The notes: generated from the letters alone by a model not told the origin. Positions 20,968 through 35,092 are shown, counted from the stretch's first letter. The stretch: 64,000 nucleotides of DNA from Penicillus capitatus (GCA_965649825.1 OZ287702.1:858786-922785), one strand, 5' to 3'. Translations and numbers: made by a program.

Positions 20968-23302
20968 ATGGAGACGATTGTGACGTCCGAAGAAAACGAT
21001 CTGCTGCTGGACTTCCTTACCGAACTCGGTGAACTTCGACACTCCAATATCGATCATCGATTAGCGATGATGTGAAAAAGGGTCGACGAACTCATTGGAA
21101 GAGAAGAGCCTTATTCTCGATCGTTTCTCCTTCGAAGCTGCTAAGCTCTACATCGAGTGCGTTGCAGGGGGTATGTTCGTTCGGGATCGATGTATGGATG
21201 TGCAGACTTGCCAAGGGGGATGCGGCGCTACGCCTAGAGGCTGGGTTTCTATCACTCGTGCACATCATTTACTGTGGCCAACACTTCGCCGATCGCATCT
21301 CACATGTTCACTTCTTTCCTCACGACGACACAGATCGAGAAAGAGTGATGGCAGAGTTTGCGTGAATGGTATGAAATGTTTTATCAAGAACTGAAAGAGG
21401 ATGCCATCGCTGTTAAGCATGTTGCAAGAGATGCCTTTCACTGGTCACACTCTTCTCACACTTTTCGATGATGTGACTGCCAGTCTCTCTAGGGGGACGG
21501 TTTGCCATGATTTGACAGCTGGTCTGTTCGAAAAGGCAAAAGCGATCGTGCTGTTGCATCCTGTCTTGTCAATAGATAAAGAAGCGGCCAGTGAGAAGCA
21601 GATCTTTCAGGTCCGAGCTCTCTTTAGCATCAAGATGACAGCTATGAGATAAATGATGATTTCTCTGTCGGTGCTGTTCAGGCTAAAAGCTTGTCGGATT
21701 TGGTGGATGTCATCGAGGCGCGTCCGATCGTGACGCGATTTGAAACCTCGGAAAACCATATCCGTTATGAACACATGGAGAACTGTCTCTTGCAGACGGC
21801 CTATCAAGCATGGCACCAAGACAAATGCTTGACATTTCAGGGCGACGTGCAAGATCGTCGACTGGTATTGGGCTTCGAATTCAGCGGCAATATGCAAAAC
21901 ATCGCCAATATCTTGAACGGAAACGTCAGTCGTCTTGCCTTCGATCGTGCCAGGGTGTGTGACGATGTTTGTTCAGGAGACATGTCTGAAGGAATATGCA
22001 GAAGACGAATTGGCATTCTTTGTGGCACGGGTGTTTCACGTACCGCGTTTTGTTTCGAGTCATCTGCAGCTGCGTATCGTCTGGGACGGCATTGTTGGAA
22101 GAAGTGGTCCCCAGTTTTCCAAGTGGAATCTTTCGTTGAGAGCGTTGATGATGGATGTATTCAGCTTTGATCATAAACGCCTGCTGGCGCATCTGTCCAA
22201 TCAGGACATCCCGTTGCGTATCTTTACCAGACTGATGCTGGGTATCGCCCTTGATGCATTTTTCGAAGATGAGGAAGCATTGAGCAGAGATCCTTTCTCT
22301 TCCCTCGAAAATGAATCGTTCTTTCATCACTTTTCTGCGAAACTCTGCTCGCAGATGTGTCACATCAAGGACGTACTGCGTTTAATCCTGTTCTGCCCGG
22401 GATTGGGAGCAGAGAAAGCAAGAGATCTTCTGGTCAGCACGAATGTATGGAGCGTCCGCCTCTTAACCGTCGGTCTTCTGATGATGTATCATGATATCTA
22501 GATTCGCCGAGACGATATGCGAAGGAGTGTGATCGAGTTTCCGTGCACAACAGAGTACAGAGATGTGTACCGCAGCAAGGTGGAATCTGCAGGTCTGACA
22601 GATACCATGGAGAACCTCATGGGTCATGCAAATCAGATCGAAGGGCGTTCTGGCACCGCTGCAGTGCATTTCCGCAGAGCTGGAATAACAGAGGAACACA
22701 ACACTGCCATGAGAGACGTCGAAAGGACACTGGCAGAGATTCTCACGCATGACAAAGACAACTTCATGCGTGCACTCCAGCTCGAGGCACTGCATATCGA
22801 AAAGCTCCTGAGCTCAGCCATCCAGCGGCAGCATATCGTGAACAACATCCACACCGTCTTGAAGGACATGCACCATGCTCTCAAGCAGAAGGCTGAACTG
22901 TTGGACAGGTTAGCATTTTTCGTTGCCTCTCATGAAGAGATCGAAGCAGAGAGTCACTATGGACTGATGGTCGCCGTGACGATTCTCTTGAAGAAAATGC
23001 CAGAGGATACGACTCGTGCGCTCGGATCAGAAGACAGTCGGCAGTTACAGGACGACTTTGAATCTATCTTTCGTCATCCACGTCTCTCTCAGGAGCTCAG
23101 CCTCTTGTTGGCGGTGCGAGTGGTCTATATCGCTTACCTTTTCGGCAGTCACATCGCCGGCTATCTCATTTTCGATCGAGATTTCATGCGAAGCATTCTG
23201 GCAATCATGCAGAACAAGTGCTTGAGTGGGATCGATCCGACCGATGCTTTACAGAAACGCATTCTGACATCTATACACGAGCATCTGACAGATCAAGACT
23301 GA
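20968..23302 (+). CDS. Uncharacterised, largely helical multi-exon protein
   Basis: Chain of long plus-strand ORFs (21401, 21691, 21935, 22517-23302) separated by short GT-AG gaps. Putative ATG at 20968 (METIVTSEENDLLLDFLTEL). No family recognised. Confidence 0.6.
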
Positions 23303-23643
23303 GATGATTCCTTCTGTACGGACTGCTGAGTAACAATGTGTGTCAAGGCTTTGAAAGTAAAGGGCTCACTCGAGGCCAACATCGACAGCATTTTGCGATT
23401 GATCCAGATGTTTTCGGTCTTCAAGCCATGCATGAAGGCACTGTATGTGATTCCATGCTCTCTTGTCCCGGCACCGATCCTTTGTATCCAGAGCTTCCGA
23501 AATTCGCGTTTCTTCTCTCGGCGGCTTTCGTACTGAAAGACCAGCGCTCGTTCGACCCGTGGACGGGCAATTCGGATGCAGTTCTTGCCTCGACCCTTGA
23601 ACCCCTTGGCCAGCCTCAGCACCGTTGCCTTATCCAGCGGCAT
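23293..23643 (-). CDS. MRPL20: Mitochondrial ribosomal protein bL20m, intronless
   Basis: DKATVLRLAKGFKGRGKNCIRIARPRVERAL..RREKKREFRKLWIQRI..INRKMLSMLASSEP is the bL20 signature. Confidence 0.93.
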   Translation of the reverse strand: MPLDKATVLRLAKGFKGRGKNCIRIARPRVERALVFQYESRREKKREFRKLWIQRIGAGTREHGITYSAFMHGLKTENIWINRKMLSMLASSEPFTFKALTHIVTQQSVQKESSQS

Positions 23644-23690
23644 CTTGCACAATGATGTGACGTTTACTGTGTGTTCGCTATTTCGTCGAC

Positions 23691-26602
23691 ATGCTGAAAC
23701 CTTCGCGTTTGTATAAGCCAAAGCCGACAACTGACCCGACCTATGACCTCCTTCGCTCTGAGACGGCACCACTCGGTGCCTTCTTCCGCCCGCAGTGTAT
23801 TGCCGTCATCGGTGCGACGGATCGGCCCGGAAGTGTCGGCAAAACGGTCTTATGGAATCTGATACGTCATCCATTCGGCGGAACTGTCTTTCCGATCAAT
23901 CCAAAACGAAAGAGCGTCCTGGGCGTCAGAGCCTATCCGACCGTCAAGGAGACACCGGACCAAGTTGAACTCGCCCTGATTGTGACTCCTGCCGTCACGG
24001 TGCCGAAACTCGTGAAAGAATGCGTCGATGCCGATATACGTGGCGTCATTATTCTCTCTGCCGGGTTCAAAGAGATTGGCGAATCGGGAATTCAGCTGGA
24101 GAAGGAGATTCTGGAGGCGATTCGAAAGAGTGAGACACGTGTGATTGGGCCCAATTGCTTAGGACTCATGAATCCTTTGACGGGACTGAATGCAACATTT
24201 GCTAGCTCCTTGGCCAAACCAGGCAATGTCGGATTCATCAGTCAAAGCGGCGCATTGTGCACAGCTGTATTGGATTGGAGTCTGGAAGAGAATGTCGGCT
24301 TCAGTGCCTTTGTCTCGATCGGTTCCATGCTTGACGTGAACTGGGGAGATTTGATTTATTACTTAGGAGATGACCCACGCACGCACAGCATTGTCATTTA
24401 TATGGAATCGGTGGGGAATGCACGGAGATTTCTCTCTGCGGCACGAGAGGTGGCCATGACCAAGCCGATTATTGTGATCAAGGCTGGGAGAACAACAGAA
24501 GCGGCAAAGGCAGCGGCATCGCATACAGGATCACTTGCCGGCAGCGATGCTGTACTGGATGCTGCTTTCACTCGCTGTGGCGTCATGCGTGTCAACACCA
24601 TTGCTCAGCTATTCAACTTGGCGGAAGTCCTTTCAAAACAGGTGACGCATGGATGACGTGACCTTTGGGATTGGACCGTAGAGAATCGGATGGCTATGTT
24701 TTTAGGGACAGAAGCTACCAGCAGGTCCACGACTGACAATCATCACCAATGCAGGGGGTCCAGGGGTGTTGGCCACTGATGCATTGATGTTGACTGGAGG
24801 AGAATTGGCCACTCTGTCCGATGAGACACAAACGGCCTTAGATGCTATCTTGCCATCCCAATGGAGTCACGGCAATCCCATCGATATCCTGGGAGACGCC
24901 GAACCCGAACGCTATGCCAAGACACTCGAAGTGTGTGCTCAGGACGCGAACAGTGATGGACTGCTGGTGGTATTGACCCCTCAAGCCATGACCGATGCGA
25001 CGAGTACCGCAGAGAAACTGAAGAATGTGACGGAGAGCGTGAAGAAACCTGTTTTGGCAAGTTGGATGGGAGGCCCAGATGTGATGCCAGGCGTCTCCGT
25101 TTTGAACAAAGCAGGCATTCCAACCTACTCCTTCCCCGATGCCGCCTGCGAAGTGTATAATCTGATGTGGAAATACAAGCACAATCTTCAATCCCTCTAC
25201 GAAACGCCGACCCTGTCCAGGAAAGGAAAGCTCACGGATTACATGAACGGGACAGATTCCAGTCAAGGCGAATCTGTTCAGGGAATGATCGACAAAGCCC
25301 TTCGAGAAGGCAGGACGATCTTGACAGAACTGGAATCGAAGAAGCTCCTCTCGGAATACGACATTCCAACTGTCCAATCACTCTTCGCAACCTGTGCAGA
25401 AGAAGCAGTGGCTCAAGCTGAGGCTATGGGATATCCCGTTGTCGTCAAGGTTGTTTCCAAGACGATCACACATAAAACAGATGTCGGCGGTGTTAAGCTC
25501 AATGTGCATTCATCCGAAGATGTGCGCCAGACTTTTGAAGAGATGCAAAAGTCGATCACCGAAAAGGTCCATCCTTTCAAATTTATTGCGTGTCGTGAGG
25601 ATGGGTATTCTGTAGTTTGGCGAGGAGCACTTTGAGGGTGTCTCGATACAGCCGATGGTGTCACTCAGTGATGGATACGAACTCATTATCGGCAGCAGTG
25701 TGGATCCTCAGTTCGGTCCTGTCTTGGTGTTCGGTTCCGGTGGATCGCTGGTCGAAGTTTTCCAGGATCGCAGCATCATGCTGCCTCCGCTGACCACAAC
25801 GTTGGCCAGAAGAATGATGGAGACGACAAAAATCTACAAGGCATTGAAAGGCGTCCGTGGCCGTTCCTCGGCTGATCTGACCGAGCTGGAACACCTCCTT
25901 GTGCGTTTCAGTGAACTGATTGTCGAGAATCCACGCATTAAGGAGTTCGATATCAATCCATTGCTAGTCTTTGAGGCGTCACACAGATTCCCTCTGCTGG
26001 CGCTGGACGCCCGTGCTGTTCTCTTTCCGGCTGATGTGCCCGACAAGGACCTGCCGAAGACGGCCATTCGTCCCTATCCTTCACAGTACATCTCCCACTG
26101 GACGTTATCGGATGGAGAGCACATCGTTATCCGTCCTATCCGTCCAGAAGACGAGAAGAAAATTGCAGAATTCCATCGAACCTTATCGGAGGAGAGCGTC
26201 TACTTCAGATACTTCCATTCCGTCAAGCTGGACACCCGTGTGGCCCACGAACGGCTGACAAGGATCTGTTTTATCGATTACGATCGTGAAATCGCTTTGG
26301 TCATTGAGCACGAAGGAAAGGAGGGTACAGAGATCATTGGTGCCTCTCGCCTCAGCAAGTCACATGAAGGCATCAATCAAGCAGAGTTTGCTATGCTGAT
26401 CACGGACGGCTATCAGCGCAAGGGACTCGGAACGGAGACGCTGAAAAGATTGGTTGATGTTGGCCGCCATGAGAAAATTGAAACGATCGTTGCGCAGATT
26501 CTGCCGGAGAATATGGCAATGCAGCGTGTCTGCGAGAAGGTCGGTTTCGAGATCGAGTTCGATCACGAAAGCGACTATGTCCGAGCTCGACTTCAATTGT
26601 AG
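23691..26602 (+). CDS. Bacterial-type ADP-forming acyl-CoA synthetase (alpha+beta) fused to a C-terminal GNAT acetyltransferase; two introns
   Basis: [89 protein letters not shown]; [21 protein letters not shown]. Introns begin at 24642 and 25567. Confidence 0.93.
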
Positions 26603-27139
26603 CATTGCCCGAAACGATCTATGTGCTTCTCATAATAAAAACATGTACTCACGTGTTTGCATTGTGTAATCTCAACGTCACATCATTTCGTGCAATGCGT
26701 TTCCGAAGTCGTCGGGCGTCGCTGGACAACAATCGCGCCGACGATCTTCTCTGTTGTTCACCGAAGGAAAATGAATTTCGACAGGTGATTTCCTGACTTC
26801 CTATTCTCACACTTGTCACACTTTGACGAAAGGGAGTGGAGATTGATGAAGACAGACTATGCCACATCATTGAGGCCGTAAATGTATGCCAAGCGAGAAG
26901 TATTGCCATCTACACAGTGCTCGATGATTTCTCCAACAGGAACTCGAATTCGCACGGATTGATGAGAGCTTTGTAGAATCCACCGATCGAGCCGTAAGTC
27001 AAATCTCGGAAGATAAAAGCTTCAGTACGAGATCCTAGATGCGCCTTGTGCGACTCCTGCAATGGGGTCTTGAAGTTCGGAAGACGAACGATCATGTAAT
27101 GAGCCTCCCTCAAGACAGAAACGGCTCCGAACTCACAGA

Positions 27140-30100
27140 ATGGCCATCTGGACCCGGAGTTGTTTCTCTTTGTGTTTTTTTTTTCGAATAAAGGAGCAAT
27201 TCAGGAGATGCAGCAACAAAGTCCCACGAATGCACCTGGTATGGAGTTTAGATCGCCGAGATCGGAAGAAAGATCGCACAGCATCGGGGAAGAGCACAGT
27301 TCAGTTGGGAGATCTCAAAATGCGGAAGAGTACAGGGATCGTGCGTTTTCACGCGGCCACCCGTCTTTGTTCTTCTCGACATCTGCCTCACCTGCCAGTT
27401 CTCAGATTCGAGTATTCGCTTCAAGGCAGCCAAGACCATCCACGGGTCCTTTGATTCATAGAACGTGCTGAAGATGCAAGAATGGAGAATCGAAAAGCTT
27501 CTGCAGGAAAAATCGGAACTCGAAAAGGTCCATAGCCAACAGAGCCGCGAAGCTGAAGAGCTCAGAAGAGAGAACATACAAGTGTGCAAAGCAGTGAAGT
27601 CAGAAACGCATATCTGCCTTTGATGCTCGTTCTGATACAGGTTTCGGAAAAGATCCTCGATTTGGATGCACAGGCGGCGAAGATGCGCAGTGCTCTTCGA
27701 GAAAGGCAACAGTTACTGGAACAGACGCAGCACAAACACGCGAGAGATATCGATGAAAGAGTTCGGACCGAGAATCGATTGAAAAACGACATCGAGTCAT
27801 TGAAGCACGAAGTCGATCTCAGAGACAGCAGCATTCGGTAAGCCTTGGCAGTTCCTTGAAGTGCCACCGTCATCATTGGAGATAGAGACCTCGAACAACG
27901 AAAGAAAACCGTTGAAGAGAACAGCTCGGCGTTGAAGCATTGTTTGAGTTACTATGGTTTGCTTCCCACAACGACAGAAGACTCCTGGAATCGAGAGATG
28001 ATCCAACAAGTCAATGCAAAGGACATTGCTCTCAGAGAACTCTCCGAACGTTTTAACGAAGCACAGGAGAAACAGGCAAAGAGAAGATAAGATTCAAGAT
28101 CGCGATGACGTTTCGTGATGATGATAGGTTGCTCTAGTGGAAGCTTATGAGCGATTGGAAGCCGAAATGAAGCTGGAGACAAAAAGAGCTGTCGAGAAAC
28201 ATAAGGGCTGTGTCGAGGAGCTTACCAAAAGGCTCAGAATGATCGAATGTGAATTGGAGACATCTCGGCGTAGTTACGAATCGCTGGAGCATTCGTATGG
28301 GCGACTCGAATCGCAATTGGCAGAATCTACAAGACAGAATGCTATGTATGAGGAAGGAGTGTATGGTCTGTCAGAGGTCGGCAAACATGCCTGTGCACAA
28401 TTTGTGTACAGACATGTCTGTAACTAGGCGGTGGAGAATATTAAGGAATTAAAAGTCCGTTTAATTGAAGCCAAAAAGAAACAGGAAGAGCTCGTATGGA
28501 CTGCAAACCAGCTGTCTGAGCAGCTCGAAGATGCGGATGATGAAAACGCGAAACTCAGAGAGCAAGTATAGTCGGAAGAAGACCCTGGGAATCCATACAT
28601 GTCCGTGTGATACAGTTGGGAATACCCCTACGAGAACACATTTGCACCGAGGAAGGTTCCGGAATGGGGAGAACGTTGACCCGGTCGCAGTTAACAGCTC
28701 TGAATCGTCAGTTGGAAGCCGAAATCGATGATCTCGAGAAGGAAAGGTCATCTCTCAAGACCCAACTGAGACTCAAATGCACAGCCTATGGAAAAGATGC
28801 TGTGGAGGAGTTTTTAAACGAAGCCCAATCGCAGTTGGTGCTCATGTTCATCGAAGAACTGCAGTCGTCGAGTGATGCCTCCTCTGCAAACTCCAAAACG
28901 CAGATCATACAGCATCTATCGAAGAAGGTCGGCAGAACGTGTATCTAGAGTTCTTTGGAAGAATGCTTCGAAGCAGATTGAGATTCTAGAAGGCCAGTTG
29001 CAACAGAGAGCTACCAGTACTTTACACCCACGATTACGAGGAGTTAACGATCAGCGAATCTTCGATCAAACCAAGAAGGCCCTGACTGATTTGAAAGAAA
29101 CTGTTTTGAAAGGAGATGGCACAGAACAAACAGAAAACGGTGGGTACAGTTCGGTCTTGGAACCACGAGCTAGCCTCCTTGTGACTGACCGACAGGAACG
29201 GCAATGATGCCGGAGGGTTCGGAGATCGCTCACAAGGTGGACTGTTTGATGGAACTGGTGACAGACGCAGAAAAGAAAGTGACCGACACCACTCTACGCG
29301 ATGCTTTTGCGACGGATATCGACCATCGCCACTTTCCAGAAGCTTCTTGTGGCTTATCCTTTCAACAGGCATAAAATAACGGATTGCATCTGTCTCAGTG
29401 GAAAAGCTGCTGAAAGAACAAATGCAGTCATTGGCCAGAGAAGTGGCCGAGTTGCAGATTGGACGGGATCAGCTACGGCAAGAGAACGAAAAGCTCAAGG
29501 CAACGAAGCCGTCAACAGATGTGGACTGCCAAACAGGTCTGGTCTTTCGGTGGCTCGGCACAAGTGTCGGCGCCAAGCAACACGTCAACGCCGTCTGTCC
29601 TTGTTTCAGAGATGCAGGATGTCGTGTCTCTGTCTCACATAACGGCCATCTCTGCCCTGAATGAAAAACTGAAAGAAATGCAAAAGATCTGTCGACTGTA
29701 CAGAAACAAACTAAAAGAGATGGAAGAGACGCACATCGTTTCTCAGTCTGCTCTGAAGTCGGAACTCGAACAAACACAAAAACAAAACGAAGAGTCTACA
29801 AAGCAGGCACGAGAAATATTCTTTTCCTTCGTATGAGACCGCGCTCTAGATCTGTGAACTTAAACTCTCCTTGGAAGCGGCGCAGATGCTGAACAGAGAG
29901 CTCGAGAATGGATTGTCAGTCACATCACGGCACGATCCAGAACAGATAAAGGCTAACGGCCAGAAACTCGTTCGCGAGAAAGCCCTTCTCCACGTAACCA
30001 TGACTACCCAAATCGTGCATCTCAAAAGATGTGTATCCTGTTCAGGTGAAATGTCAAAAACTGGAGCAGCGATTGAAAACTGCGACTGAGGCTGAAAGGC

Positions 30101-33100
30101 AGTGGAGTGAATGGCATGCTGAATTGAAACATGTCACTGAGGATGCCACTGTTGCTCTGCGAACGGAGATGTATCTCCTTAAACATGCAAACAGAAAGCT
30201 CAAACTGAAGCTGCTTGATGCGATGCATCAATTGGACCAATCCATGCCAATAAAGGCAGGGTATCACTCAAGTGGCCTTTCCACGATGCATTCCGAAACA
30301 CAGGCTTTCTGCGATCTCTACCATCACCACGAGAAAACGAGAGCCAAGTTGATGGGCGATTTCGCGGAACAGATGTCCGTTCACAGAAGATCCCAATCTG
30401 ATCTCATCGCAGCCAGAAAGAATGCAGCGTTCTGGATGCAACAGTAAAGAATCGCGAGAACTCAAAAAGATATCATGCACTTTGTCTTTCAGATACTACG
30501 GCATCTCAGCAGTTCAACATCATCTTGAGCATGGAACACGTAATAGATTAGAAACACCAAACGAAGATCGATACCAATCCCTTCCAGGGAATCCACTTAC
30601 AGCAGATGTGCTCAACAATAAACTGAAGAGGGAGTTGGAGGTCGAAGAAGGACAAAGAAAGCAGGCAGAAGGGAATGTTAAACAGATGGAGGCGAGATCT
30701 TTTTCGCCGATCATTCGAGAGTTTGAAAATGCATGCAGGAGCATATGGATGTACTGAACGAACAGGTGTTGGCATCAGCAAAGGAGCTCGATCAGACAAG
30801 ACAACTTGTTTGGGAACTGGAGGAACAGATATCTCAGGCGCGTAACTGTTCTCATGTTAGGACAGTGGCTGCACTTCACGAGGCAGAAATCGAGATTGAG
30901 CGGCTGTCCCTTGATGTAATGTGACAGAGCATGTGTTCCAACCCAATGTTTGATCCTGTAGAATGAACATTTTTGGAAAGGAACGAGGGATGGAAGCATT
31001 CAGGAATGTTCTGGAGCTGGAGCCATCATTTGCAGAACACCATCTGTTGTTCCGTTGTATGAAGAAGACGATCAACATTGTTGTCAGACGTTGCAGAACG
31101 ACAATGAGACGAAGAGGTTGCAGGAAAGAGTCCTGGTTCTTCAGAAAGCTTACAGAACTGTATATCGACAGAATACAGCCTTGCAACATCAGCTTGTATG
31201 GACAGAGAAATTGAGATCAGACCTGGAGGATCGCCTGTTTCAATTTCCCAAGTTCGCTGAAAAGAGCATCTCGATGGACAGCGATGAGAATCGATGCCGG
31301 TCGATTGAAGAAGCCTTTACGAGACAGAGATTGAAGACACTGCTAGACGAAAATGCACATCTCCATCAGTACATGCACAAACTCGCAGTGTCATTAGACT
31401 CCCAGCAAACATCTCTCTCACGAGAAGACAAATCGGAGTCTAACGCGTGGTCGGTGTCGAAGCAAGAGAAGGCAACTGCGGATCGAAAGCTCAAAAGTGC
31501 TGAAGAAGAGGTGCGGCCAATTGAGTCGCTCTTTTGTCGAAAAGGACTATACGGCATGTTTTGTAGATTTCTTACTTGCGATGCAAGGTGCAGAGGCTGG
31601 AGGAATCTCTAAAGAAGCTAGAGAATACTGCAATCTCTGCTCAAGAAGATTGCAGACAAGAGATAAAGAAATCGGGGGACCTCTGTGGAAGCCTGGAGGC
31701 TCAACTACTAGAACAGCGACGGTTGACGGACAAACAAATGAACTTCTGTCTCTATCATGCCTTCTTGAATACACTTGGTTTACGCAATAGCCATAAAAGC
31801 GATCCTGAAAAGGAAAACGACTGCAGACTTCTTCTGAATCAGGTGATGACAAGTGGATGACCTCTCTGAAGGAGCGAATTGATAAGAGATCGTTCAAACG
31901 TTGTAGATAGATCTTGTCAAAGACATCAAAATAGAGATGGAAGACCTTAAGTACAAGCATCGAGAGACAGAGATGGCACTCAAGAAAGAAATGGATAGAA
32001 ATGGTGGATTGGAAGAAGAAATCGTTTGCCTTCGGAGAAGAATGGCCGAAGAAGAATCGCGACAACGCAAAGAAGCCTCAATCGAGGTCTGTTTTCTCCA
32101 AGTCCCCAACACAAAACATAATCATCGACCATCATCAGGAGACTTCTGTCGTCGAGCGTCTGCTGCAAGACTTGAAGGCGCAGCTGCGTCTGAAAGATGC
32201 CAAGATTGCTGAACTGACGCAGATAGAGTGTGACACAAAGATTGGAGATGTGGTGAGAATGCCGAGTTCGACGCTAGAAGGATAGAGAATCCAATGTTCG
32301 AAGTCTCTCTGGTGCTCAGGAAGTCGAGCAGAGGGGCGACGGGGCCCGTGTGCTCCTCAGTCAAGAAAGGGAGCTGTCTTGGTACGAAGAACAGCTTAAG
32401 GAAGCTGAAGAGAAGCTGAAGGCATTCCAATCGACATACGAATCCGAATTGCTTGCCAAAGAGAAACAGATGAAAGAATTGCTCCACGAAAAAGAGAACA
32501 AAGAAAACCCTGCCAAACATGATAGATCAAGAAACAAATGGCAAAGACAACTGAAGGAGAAAGATATGACGATAAAACAACTCAATGAAGCACTCGAGCT
32601 TCTCAAACAACAACGTCTGTCGGACAGCAAAGACAAAACAACGGACAAGTTTCTGATAAATGATTTTCGAAGGACTGACGCTTCATCGAATACAGGCGCC
32701 GTTCATCGATGGACTCGATTCCACAGAGATCCGCGTCAAATGCAGAAGATCTTCGCTCTTGGAAAGCTCAAAGACTGAAAGAAATCCGTCTACTCCAGAA
32801 CAGGATCAGAGAGGCAGACGATCAGTTGAAAGAGCAAGATGAACAGATAAAGGACACGAAGAGCAATCTACAGAAAGAACGCGAGATCAGTACACGTCTA
32901 CGGATCCAGATAAAACAACTGAGGCAGAAGACTGGGATGGACAGCAGCACAACACAGGCACTTAACTGACAGCAGTGATCGTTGAGATACGGTGCGAAGA
33001 AGAAATGATTGTAGGACAGGCGGGAGCATGTCGAAGAAGCCCAAGAGCGTATGAATGCATTGATTGCTGAGAATGAGCTCCTGAGGAGACAAACAGGGAG

Positions 33101-34486
33101 AGGCAGCGGCACCCAGCCGCTGGATTTCAATCAATGGAAAGAGCAAAAGAGACTGCAACAGAAGATCCAAAGCCTAAGGTCCTGTCTCGAGTTCGCAGTG
33201 TATGTCCAGTAAGTATGCGACCTCTGTTCCTAACAGGGAGATATTGAACAAAAAGAACGAGGAATGCACACAGGCAAAGACAGTAGAGGCAACACTGCGG
33301 AAGAAAGCAGAATCCCTTGAGGGTCAAGTGGCACGTCTGCAAAAGTCCCTTGCGTCTCAAAGCCATGCCTATTCCCAGACCAAAGCTCGACTAAAGACAG
33401 CTGCGGATCCAAAGCAGGTCCATCCGTTCTTTCTCCCTACTTGGTCGCAGTGGAAGAAAGCAGGTCTCGGAATTATTGTTGCAAGTGGTGCAGTTAGAAA
33501 CTGAACGAGATGACCTCAGGGTCGAAAACCAGAAACGCGAAAGACGACCAGTTCCTCGATCTCCAGAGGGGGAAGATCTGATAACAGATGCAGACGATTG
33601 GGAGTTACAATACTGGAAGAAGGCAAGAGAGATAGAAAAGTCGTGCTACTATAGAGGCGACCATCGTATGCTGCATAGGAAGAAGAGGCATTCGAATATC
33701 GTCTCCGACAAGAGCAAGCCGAAGCACGACTCCGTCGCCTGCAGCAATCACTCCGAGACTTCTTTGGCGATACGGCCGAGAAGATAATCAGGTTGGATGT
33801 CGACGTCGACCAGAGCAGGTCTGAAAAGAAAGCATCTGGTGGCACAAATCGAGAACGGGAACTGCTTGAGACGATCGACACGCTGACAAGGGCATTGAAA
33901 AGAGCACAGTCCAGGGTTTCCCTTACAAAATACAACCAAGTATCAGAAGTGTCGGCCATCTCAAAATCCTCACGATAGGTATTGCAGCTACTCGGACAGA
34001 GGAAGGAGCTTCGGGACCGTTTAGAACAGCTGACCAGCCGAGAAGGCACGAAATCAAGTGTCAAGAAACGGAAAGAGCTGGAAGCGATGAATGACGAGAA
34101 TGCGGCACTCAAAGAAGAACTGCAGAAACAAAGAGACTGTGCGCTTCTCCAGCAAGAGACATTAAGGAAACAGATCTCAGAACAAGTCCATCTCGCCCGT
34201 CCATGACATCACTCTTTCTTTCTCTTCCCAGGGGCAACAAATCGCTCGTCTCGAAGCAGCTCGGCCATGTCAAACGACAGGAGACCTTTCAGTATCAACC
34301 AGAGAAGACGATGCCGTCCATTCAGAAAGGCTGAAGCTGAAGGGCCGCATCCAGCAACTCGAAAAGGATAATGCATCCCTGAAAGCTGAGCTCGATGGTC
34401 TCAGTCCGGATTTCTTTGACGAAATCGAAGATATGAAGGATGATTACTGTCAGTTGTTGCAACACGTCCGGCAACAAGAGTCATAA
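27140..34486 (+). CDS. CEP290: Centrosomal/transition-zone protein CEP290 (long multi-exon coiled coil)
   Basis: YEEGVYGLSEAVE.IKELK..LEDADDENAKLRE and C-terminal LKAELDGLSPDFFDEIEDMKDDY match the CEP290 motifs (YESGVYGL; FFEEIEDLK). Start approximate. Confidence 0.85.
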
Positions 34487-34533
34487 TCATGACGGAACGT
34501 CACTCTTTTGACAGATTGGCGATGTATTACATC

Positions 34534-35092
34534 TCACTCCTTTGTTTCTTCTTTGGGGTATACAAATCGGATTTTGTCCTTCCTCGCCTTATACTTCCTG
34601 TACCTTTCTTGTTCTCTGCGTATCTTTCTCTCTCGGCATCCGGGTTTCCGTAACTCGGGTGGTGTCCCTTCGTTTCCGGCCGCATGCCAATCTCGATAGG
34701 ACAGACAACAGCTCAACACCTGATGTGGCATCAACCCACGACCACAGTAACTGCACCGCCGTAATCAAAGTGAAAGAATGAAGATGGGTCTCACTTGCAG
34801 ACCGCGATCCGAGGAGCAGGCACGAGCCACTTGGTCAACCATCTCAGTTTTCTCTTGTGTAACGAAACCTGTAAAGAGTGAGAACCCCAATGACGAACAC
34901 GGATCATGATGATCATCTTGCCCGTTTCTTTGGAGCTGCGAACAATAGATATGTCTCCTTCCACGAAGGAACGATTGGATCGTTTTGGCCGCCGCCGAGA
35001 AGAGCAGGTCGCAACGCCATTCGCGGAAAGAGCGCATTGTCAAACGTTCTTCCTACCCAAAGCGTTAACGTCTCGCCAAAACGACGCAGCAT
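34534..35092 (-). CDS. MRPL32: Mitochondrial ribosomal protein bL32m with N-terminal leader; first intron GC-AG
   Basis: Spliced product LFAAPKKR|VSLHKRKLRWLTKWL..AVCN|YCGRGLMPHQVLSCC gives the bL32 basic motif plus zinc ribbon. Introns 34869-34921 and ~34753-34794. Confidence 0.8.

Noticed and set aside
23691-26602. Bacterial contamination as the source of ACD-GNAT or menA
   Set aside because: Both contain spliceosomal introns and are tightly embedded among eukaryote-specific genes.
26910-27113. Small minus-strand ORF between ACD-GNAT and CEP290
   Set aside because: No recognisable motif and no convincing splice continuation.
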